Origin: a virus
Strand: one strand, 5' to 3'
Virus record (IMG/VR): IMGVR_UViG_3300029319_009044
Coordinates: 64,001-128,000 of that record
DNA length: 64,000 bases
Part shown: positions 57,693-64,000 of the stretch, piece by piece
How positions within the stretch are numbered: position 1 is the stretch's first letter
How the letters are laid out: each line of letters opens with the position of its first letter
Program-made: the position numbers and the translations under genes
Notes under the pieces: generated by a model
Database searches by the model: none
Told to the model about the DNA's origin: nothing
The model's input: the letters and a program-made list of their open reading frames with translations, nothing else

Positions 57693-57738
57693 TAGGAGTC
57701 ATCGCTGGTTGAAGCAGCAGTCGCAAGACACAATCACT

Positions 57739-57772
57739 AAACAGCAGAGCGAAAGCTCTGCTGTTTTTTTTT
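57739..57772 (+). terminator. Intrinsic terminator after gp23
   Basis: AAACAGCAGAGC-GAAA-GCTCTGCTGTTT followed by a long T run. Confidence 0.92.
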
Positions 57773-57825
57773 ATTTTTATTGACATAAAGCTTATAAAAG
57801 AAGTTAAAAAGCTATAAATATTCAT

Positions 57826-58425
57826 ATGGCCGATTACACAGACATTAATAAAGCTTTTACAGACGCACTATACGGACAGCGTATTTCAGCAGATTCAACA
57901 AACACAGGTTTATCTGCATTTGGTTCTCCAGCACCACTTAACAATACTGATAGAAGTGATGGTAGAGGAGGATTTTTCTCTCTAAGTGCAGCTAATAATT
58001 CAATGCAACTATTATCTTCTTCTGAATATCATACATTTGCTGATGATCCGGTAGTTGGTCTACTTTATAACTTAGTTCCAACTGCTAGTGGTGCTCATAA
58101 ATTTACTCATCACCTTGCTGATCCAGTAACCGGAGGTGGTACTGCTGGCACTAACAAGCATGCTGCTGCTACTATTAAATTTGCAGGTACTTACTTTAAC
58201 GGTGGGTTCCATGGCAAACATAGAAAACTCGCTTTAGTTACTAAAAAGGGTAATACTATTTTCTATACTATTAATAAGCATGAAACAGCACATGGTAGAC
58301 ATACTTTCACACCTACTGGTTCAGCAGGATCAGACTTCAACCTAGGCCTTGGAGCTGGTGCAACTGGTGATCCTCCAGCTATTGGTGATAATATGCGTAG
58401 ATTAGTACAATTAGGTTATCGCTAA
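57826..58425 (+). CDS. Late structural protein (possible capsid decoration protein)
   Basis: TATAAATA-N5-ATG directly after gp23; Gly/Thr/His-rich. Confidence 0.55.
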   Translation: MADYTDINKAFTDALYGQRISADSTNTGLSAFGSPAPLNNTDRSDGRGGFFSLSAANNSMQLLSSSEYHTFADDPVVGLLYNLVPTASGAHKFTHHLADPVTGGGTAGTNKHAAATIKFAGTYFNGGFHGKHRKLALVTKKGNTIFYTINKHETAHGRHTFTPTGSAGSDFNLGLGAGATGDPPAIGDNMRRLVQLGYR

Positions 58426-58459
58426 GCGTCTCCCTTATTCTCCACGTAATAAAGTATAT

Positions 58460-58708
58460 TTACAGCTGTTGATCTCGAGCTTGTCTTACTATCTCTATTT
58501 CATTATATAAAATATAATGATCTTGTTTATTACTGTCCCAATATGCTGATGCTGTAGCATAATCGCTAAAGTGATGCTCTTGCAAGAAGTTATCTGATAC
58601 TCTAAAGCCAGTATCATCTACTGTATATTCTACTAGATCTACGTAATAACCACTTAAAGGCTCTCTACGAGGATCGCATTTTGTTATATTCCAATCGTAT
58701 TCTTTCAT
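58460..58708 (-). CDS. Hypothetical protein
   Basis: 82-aa ORF coupled to the upstream gene. Confidence 0.55.
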   Translation of the reverse strand: MKEYDWNITKCDPRREPLSGYYVDLVEYTVDDTGFRVSDNFLQEHHFSDYATASAYWDSNKQDHYILYNEIEIVRQARDQQL

Positions 58709-59553
58709 TAGCTTATATTATAAAAGTCCATTATATTTTTTTCTAGAGCTGATTTTACAGTACTACAGTCTTCTCTATATACTAGTACCTCAGCAACCCT
58801 ACCATCAAGTGGATAAGCTGCGACACTACTAGCACCTCCTATACCATACACACCACCAGAATCATTACTCTCTAGAGGAGTGGTTCCAATAGAAGAACCG
58901 TCAATAGAAGGTTGCCAGTTACCTTGTGTAGAACCAGCTATACCTGTAAATAGATGTACATTTGTATCAGCTGTTTGATCTTCTGCATCAAAATCATCTG
59001 CGTATCCAAAGTTAAAATTACCTTGCCACCCACTAGGCATAAACCATCTACCATTATTATTAGTCCACCCTAAAGAAAGCATCATCTGCTGTGCACTAAA
59101 AGTTGTTGTATCAAATTGACCTACACAAAAAGAACTACATTCTCCAACGTTAATATCAGGTAATGCACTATTCAAAGGCATAAAATCATTACCACCATCA
59201 AAATCCATTGCTGGTAAGCCATTACACGTTTGTAATGTACCAGATGAATTTACAATTTCCGGCATGTTAAATCTAGAAGTTTGTGAGGCATCGTTACCGT
59301 TTCCACTCTGATCATATAATATTTTAACTCGAACTTTTCCTCCCCCACCAAATGTTGTTAATGTACCATCAATAATGTCAGTAACACTCATATCTTGTGT
59401 TGCTCCATTACTATCTTTATACGCCTGAATGATTGGCCCGTTATACGCTCTATTTAAATATCTTGCAGTACTATACATACCATACGCATCAGTAGAAAAT
59501 ATATCCATTAAAAGATCTCTCCTAGAACTAAGTATACCTGCTTTACTTCTCAT
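58708..59553 (-). CDS. LamG/concanavalin-A-like (arabinofuranosidase-B-type) lectin-domain virion protein
   Basis: YST.R.LN.AY.GP.I, LYDQSGNGNDASQ, FDGGND, G.VAEVLVY. Confidence 0.65.
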   Translation of the reverse strand: MRSKAGILSSRRDLLMDIFSTDAYGMYSTARYLNRAYNGPIIQAYKDSNGATQDMSVTDIIDGTLTTFGGGGKVRVKILYDQSGNGNDASQTSRFNMPEIVNSSGTLQTCNGLPAMDFDGGNDFMPLNSALPDINVGECSSFCVGQFDTTTFSAQQMMLSLGWTNNNGRWFMPSGWQGNFNFGYADDFDAEDQTADTNVHLFTGIAGSTQGNWQPSIDGSSIGTTPLESNDSGGVYGIGGASSVAAYPLDGRVAEVLVYREDCSTVKSALEKNIMDFYNIS

Positions 59554-59556
59554 ATT

Positions 59557-62500
59557 TTATGCTGTTAAATCACCTGCTATTAGCCATTCGTCAGTAGCTA
59601 TTTTAGTTAACACTGCTGTACTATATTGGACACGAGTTTTTAATTCATTATCAGCTGAACGTGCTGTTACTCCAGAACCTGCTAATATTGTAACTTGACC
59701 TGCTCCTCCTTGAAATAGTGTAACTTCAGCTCCAACAGGGAAAGCTACCGAACTATTAGGAGGTATTGTCACGCATACTGCACTTGATTTATTCATTTCT
59801 ACTAATTTACCATGATCAGCTAATGCTAATGTATAATCAGCAGTATTACAGCTAATACCAACTGCTTGCCTTACCATTCCAGTAACACATACATTATTGT
59901 TAAATGTTGCAGTACCAGCATCAGAACCATCGATTGTGAGAGCAGTTATACCACTACCACCATCGTTAACTTGAAATTTTATATCACCGTTCAATATTGG
60001 ATTTTTTAAAAAGAAATGATCACTAGATTTGAATAAGTCAGCAAAATTTGTACCATCAGCTAGTAAGCAAATATTATTACCTGCAGCATCTAGATTAATA
60101 TCTCCACCTACATCAATATAAAAATCCCCAGCATCAGTAATATTAGACCCATTAAAAGTCATATCATCTACAACTAAAGAACCAGTTATAGTTGCATCTG
60201 CAACTACACTTAATCCATCTGCTGTAACAGTACCATCAAAGTATGCATCTTTAAATTCATTACTTGAACTACCTAAATCTATGCTATCATCAGCAACAGG
60301 TAGTATAGCTCCATCTGTAATTTTTAACTGTGTATCACCATCTGTACCACCAGAACCTAGATGTACTTCACCGCTAACAGAGGTTAAAATTAAATCACCG
60401 CTAGTAGTTTCATTTCTAATAACTACATCACCTAAAGCTGCACCATTAGAAAAGGCACCACCACCGCTAGGTATACCAATTCTAAGAACACCACTATCTG
60501 TAACACTACAGTTACAACCAGTAAGAATTGTACAGTTACCGCTACCTGCTGGATTTAATTGAAGAGATGTATTCCCTCCTGTAACACAAAGACGACCGGT
60601 TACTACTGTACCAGACGCATCTGTGTTAAGCATTGTTGATCCATTATGCATTAAGAAAGATGAACCACCATCGGTGAACTGTGCCATTGCATTACCATCA
60701 GTATCTTGCAAATAAATTGCAGGGCCATCTGTTTGTAGGTATAAACCTCCATCACCTATATCTTTTATATAACTATGGCTTCCATCGTGGTAAAGTTGTA
60801 GATCATTCCCACCACCTAAAGATAACCTTGTATTATCCGTCAGTTTTAACCTATCCTCTGACTGAACCCATCTTAAAAAACGATCTGCAGTAGCTCCATA
60901 AAACTTTACATCATAGCCTGTATCATTAACACCAACGGTTAGGGTACCATCTAGTTGTACATTCCCATCAATATCAACTGCATCAAGATTAGTAGTACCG
61001 TCGACGTCTAAATCAGTTCCAACATATAATTTTTTAGCTATTCCTACTCCACCTAGGAAACGAGCTGCTCCTGTAGATGAACTTGATGCATCAGTTGCAG
61101 TACAAACGCAAAATAATCCTGTTTCAACATCTAAGTTTCCAACTGATACATCATTCAAAGTTGAATTACTAACAACAGTAATATTGTCTAAGTGACCGGA
61201 TTTCCATCTAGCAGAACTAGTACCTAAATCTACATCACTATCTGTTTCAGGACCAAAAACACCATCAGAAACATAGACTTGTTCGGCGTTAGCAGCATAA
61301 AAATGTATTTCATCAGCTGTCTCGAAGTCAATCTTGGTCTGATCATCTTCACCTATCTTAAGATCAGTTGCAAGGATAGATGTTATACCTGTTTGAGCTG
61401 CAGTAACAGCAACATCGTTTGCATTAACTGTTATACCAGTTCCTGCACCAACTGCTAAATTACCCGATGAAGTAACAGAACCTGTTAATCCATCTCCGCC
61501 TCCTACACATGTTACTAAAGAAGATTTTCCATCTAATAAGTTAAGCTCTGCTGCTGTAGCATCAACTGCTGTACCATTAAGAACCAGCTTACTGTTACCC
61601 ATACAAACTTCATCTGCGAAAGTTGCCTTTTGTGTAGGAGATAAAGTTAAAGCATGAGTATCATTAGTAAATATAACAACTTCGCCATCGCTCTGACAAG
61701 ATCCTATATAAAACCCGTCGGCTCCTCCACCACTAGTTGGATCAGTTGTTCTTATTTCATAATCTACGGCACCAGTGTTATTCACAAATTGAATACTATG
61801 ATCATCATCATCTGTAGAATCAATTAAACATAACTTAGGTCCCCCGTTCTCAATACAAATATTACCACCGGTATGAATTGTATTATTAAAGCATGCCATA
61901 CCGGCATTAGACATATCTAATGTTAAAGCTGTTATAGTTGCCCCATCATCATTACCTTTAAATAATATGTCTTTATTGCTTGTTGCAGATTTGATAACGA
62001 AATCAGAAGATACCCTTTTGAAACTGCCAAATTCAGTACCGCCGTCTTTTAATATTATATCAGTTCCATCTGCATCAAGTATAATATCCCCACCAGCATC
62101 AATAGTAAGATCACCAGCATCTGATATAGTAGAATCGTTAATAGTAATATCATCTACAGTAAGAGTTGTAAGCGTACCTAAAGATGTTATATTGGTTTGA
62201 CTTGCTTGTGTTATACAACCACTGAAATTACCCGAAAATACTGTAGCTGTTACGGTTCCAGTAGAAGGGTTATAATGAAAATCACCATCTGATTCTAAAG
62301 CAACATTACCGGTTGAACCAGCATCAGCAATGAAAGGTATTAAGTCATTTTCATCTGTACTTTCATTGTCAGCTATATTCAACTTACAAGAGTTAGTAGC
62401 ATTTTGAGCATTAGTTACAGTAACTCCAGCAATAACCGTATTAAGTGCTGTACCACCTACTGTTATTGCATCCGCTTCAAGAGTGCCATCAAAATCACCA

Positions 62501-63999
62501 TCTACTGCGTCAATGTTACCTTTAAATACTGTAGCTGTTACAGTACCTGATGATGGATTATAAGTAAAGTCTCCATCAGCTTCAAGACCTCTGTTAGCGG
62601 TACCACCCGCAGCGTTCTCTACGAAAGCAATTTGATTTTCTTCGTTAGTGCTTTCATTATCAGTAATACATACATGAGCTGCGTTAGTTGCATTAGTTGC
62701 ATTAGTAACAGTTGTACCTTCAATAACAGATGCTAAAGTAGCGCCTCCAACTGTTATTGCATCAGCTTCAAGAGTGCCATCAAAATCCCCATCAACGGCA
62801 TCTATATTACCTTTGAAAATAGTAGCTGTTACGGTTCCAGTAGAAGGATTATAATGAAAATCACCATCTGATTCTAAAGCAACATTACCGGTTGAACCAG
62901 CATCAGCAATGAAAGGTATTAAGTCATTTTCATCTGTACTTTCATTATCAGCTATATTTAAGTTGCAAGAGTTAGTAGCATTTTGAGCATTAGTTACAGT
63001 AACTCCAGCAATAACCGTATTAAGTGCTGTACCACCTACTGTTATTGCATCCGCTTCTAATGTACCGTCGATGTCTGCGTTACCGGCGACACATAACCCA
63101 GCAGCGCCCCCGAGTATTAAGTCATCTGCTGAAGCATCCCATAACATATATGCGCTAGCTGTATCACCAAAGAACTTAACGTCGTAGCCTGTATCGTCAG
63201 CACCTACATTAATAGTATTATCTATTTGTACAGCACCGTCGATATCAACTGCATCAAGATTAGTTGTACCGTCGACGTCTATATTACCAGGCAGAGTTAA
63301 ATTACCACCCTGAGACAAAGTCATAGCAGTTGCTAGACTACCTCCACTACCATTACCATGCATCCATTTCCACGTAGCATTGGTGTCAGATGTATTACTA
63401 TCCCACTGTAGAAACCTTGTTTCCATTGAACCACTAGTTTCATCTTGCCTATGTATTATGTTTGCGCATCTATCATTAACAACAACACCGTAATATTGAT
63501 TTGTACCTCTACCAACTTTTAATTGAGGCTGTGAAGATTGTTCAGCCGCATTAGTGTAAACTTCAAGACCTACACTTTCGTCTGTATGAACGATTTTAAG
63601 TTTTGCTTCACTAGTATCCCATTGCATGTATTCTCCAGAAGCATCGCCAAAGAATTTTACATCGTATCCTGTACCATCAGAACCTACGCATAAAGTACCA
63701 TCTACTTGAACATTACCGTCGATATCAACTGCATCAAGATTAGTAGTACCATCAACATCTAAATCTGTTCCAACATATAATTTTTTAGCTATTCCTACTC
63801 CACCTAGGAAACGAGCTGCTCCTGTAGATGAACTTGATGCATCAGTAGTATTACAGCTGCAAAATAAACTAGTATTTATGATGAGATTATCATTAACGGT
63901 AATATCGTCAAAATGACCATGTTTCCATCTGACACTGTTAGTACCTAAATCTACATCACTATCAGTTTGAGGACCAAAAACACCATCAGCAACATAAAC
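59557..63999 (-). CDS. Long tail fibre/spike protein (5' end beyond the window)
   Basis: The frame stays open from 63627 to the window end (VYVADGVFGPQTDSDVDLG...). Gly/Asp/Thr-rich beta-repeats; C-terminal YTLALAD.GK..VTIP.N.SVAFPVG...W...GDL module. Confidence 0.85.
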   Translation of the reverse strand, partial: VYVADGVFGPQTDSDVDLGTNSVRWKHGHFDDITVNDNLIINTSLFCSCNTTDASSSSTGAARFLGGVGIAKKLYVGTDLDVDGTTNLDAVDIDGNVQVDGTLCVGSDGTGYDVKFFGDASGEYMQWDTSEAKLKIVHTDESVGLEVYTNAAEQSSQPQLKVGRGTNQYYGVVVNDRCANIIHRQDETSGSMETRFLQWDSNTSDTNATWKWMHGNGSGGSLATAMTLSQGGNLTLPGNIDVDGTTNLDAVDIDGAVQIDNTINVGADDTGYDVKFFGDTASAYMLWDASADDLILGGAAGLCVAGNADIDGTLEADAITVGGTALNTVIAGVTVTNAQNATNSCNLNIADNESTDENDLIPFIADAGSTGNVALESDGDFHYNPSTGTVTATIFKGNIDAVDGDFDGTLEADAITVGGATLASVIEGTTVTNATNATNAAHVCITDNESTNEENQIAFVENAAGGTANRGLEADGDFTYNPSSGTVTATVFKGNIDAVDGDFDGTLEADAITVGGTALNTVIAGVTVTNAQNATNSCKLNIADNESTDENDLIPFIADAGSTGNVALESDGDFHYNPSTGTVTATVFSGNFSGCITQASQTNITSLGTLTTLTVDDITINDSTISDAGDLTIDAGGDIILDADGTDIILKDGGTEFGSFKRVSSDFVIKSATSNKDILFKGNDDGATITALTLDMSNAGMACFNNTIHTGGNICIENGGPKLCLIDSTDDDDHSIQFVNNTGAVDYEIRTTDPTSGGGADGFYIGSCQSDGEVVIFTNDTHALTLSPTQKATFADEVCMGNSKLVLNGTAVDATAAELNLLDGKSSLVTCVGGGDGLTGSVTSSGNLAVGAGTGITVNANDVAVTAAQTGITSILATDLKIGEDDQTKIDFETADEIHFYAANAEQVYVSDGVFGPETDSDVDLGTSSARWKSGHLDNITVVSNSTLNDVSVGNLDVETGLFCVCTATDASSSSTGAARFLGGVGIAKKLYVGTDLDVDGTTNLDAVDIDGNVQLDGTLTVGVNDTGYDVKFYGATADRFLRWVQSEDRLKLTDNTRLSLGGGNDLQLYHDGSHSYIKDIGDGGLYLQTDGPAIYLQDTDGNAMAQFTDGGSSFLMHNGSTMLNTDASGTVVTGRLCVTGGNTSLQLNPAGSGNCTILTGCNCSVTDSGVLRIGIPSGGGAFSNGAALGDVVIRNETTSGDLILTSVSGEVHLGSGGTDGDTQLKITDGAILPVADDSIDLGSSSNEFKDAYFDGTVTADGLSVVADATITGSLVVDDMTFNGSNITDAGDFYIDVGGDINLDAAGNNICLLADGTNFADLFKSSDHFFLKNPILNGDIKFQVNDGGSGITALTIDGSDAGTATFNNNVCVTGMVRQAVGISCNTADYTLALADHGKLVEMNKSSAVCVTIPPNSSVAFPVGAEVTLFQGGAGQVTILAGSGVTARSADNELKTRVQYSTAVLTKIATDEWLIAGDLTA
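60971..63846. repeat. Intragenic direct repeat (60971-61095 and 63722-63846)
   Basis: Offset 2751 bp; includes an 80-bp identical stretch (61016-61095 = 63767-63846). Confidence 0.9.
62243..63057. repeat. Intragenic direct repeat, 236 bp x2 (62243-62478, 62822-63057), with a diverged copy between
   Basis: The copies are 579 bp apart and differ at 5 positions by my comparison. Confidence 0.9.
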
Positions 64000-64000
64000 T

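Noticed and set aside
56218-57783. Overlapping and antisense ORFs within gp23 (e.g. 57111-57629, 57319-57783), or a capsid frameshift extension
   Set aside because: These are explained by gp23 codon bias. gp23 ends in a TAA TAG double stop with no evident slippery site, and the longer frame runs through the terminator.
5957-62200. Other short shadow ORFs in the track (5957-6346, 7347-7532, 10955-11257, 15970-18008 set, 46665-46988, 59429-62200 set, etc.)
   Set aside because: They are antisense to or nested in well-supported genes, with no motifs or promoter signals.
62243-63057. Diversity-generating retroelement TR/VR pair
   Set aside because: Mismatches are not adenine-specific and are mostly synonymous, both copies are in-frame coding, and there is no reverse transcriptase in the window.
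1-64000. tRNA, rRNA, CRISPR array, integrase/transposase, introns or inteins
   Set aside because: Intergenic gaps are too short, and I saw no cloverleaf or spaced repeats. gp41, gp43, UvsX, gp46 and gp20 are uninterrupted and of normal length.
1-64000. Stop-codon reassignment
   Set aside because: Core genes are full length under the standard code and coding density is very high.

Overview
This window is a 64-kb, AT-rich segment of a large T4-like myovirus genome (probably aquatic and uncultured; host not determinable here). It has six modules in order. (1) 1-20065, mostly minus strand: replication/recombination genes (gp45, gp32, probable gp59, gp41, UvsX, gp43, gp46/47, gp55, UvsW, UvsY), interrupted by QueC, a class II glutamine amidotransferase and two glycosyltransferases. 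(2) 20090-28047: a plus-strand late cluster of probable internal head/ejected proteins, several with T4 capsid-targeting-like N-termini and repeated E-[DN]-[AN]-E linkers. (3) 28044-33147: FolE2, QueD, QueE, PhoH and a P-loop kinase. (4) 33144-46048: a ~13-kb glycan biosynthesis cluster. (5) 46045-58425: gp62, a GroES-like protein, a DinG helicase and a rearranged head/neck block (gp15-gp20-gp13-gp4-gp21-gp67-gp22-gp23). (6) 58460-64000: minus-strand fibre genes. The main candidate systems are: a complete preQ0 pathway with a Zn-ligand-less QueC plus amidotransferase and glycosyltransferases but no recognisable DpdA; a capsid-packaged enzyme/polyprotein payload; a virion glycosylation system with a candidate x-S-[AG] sequon in structural proteins; and apparently leaderless transcription of most genes, with the capsid gene as a structured-leader exception. 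All functional calls come from motif recognition and gene context; no database searches were run.
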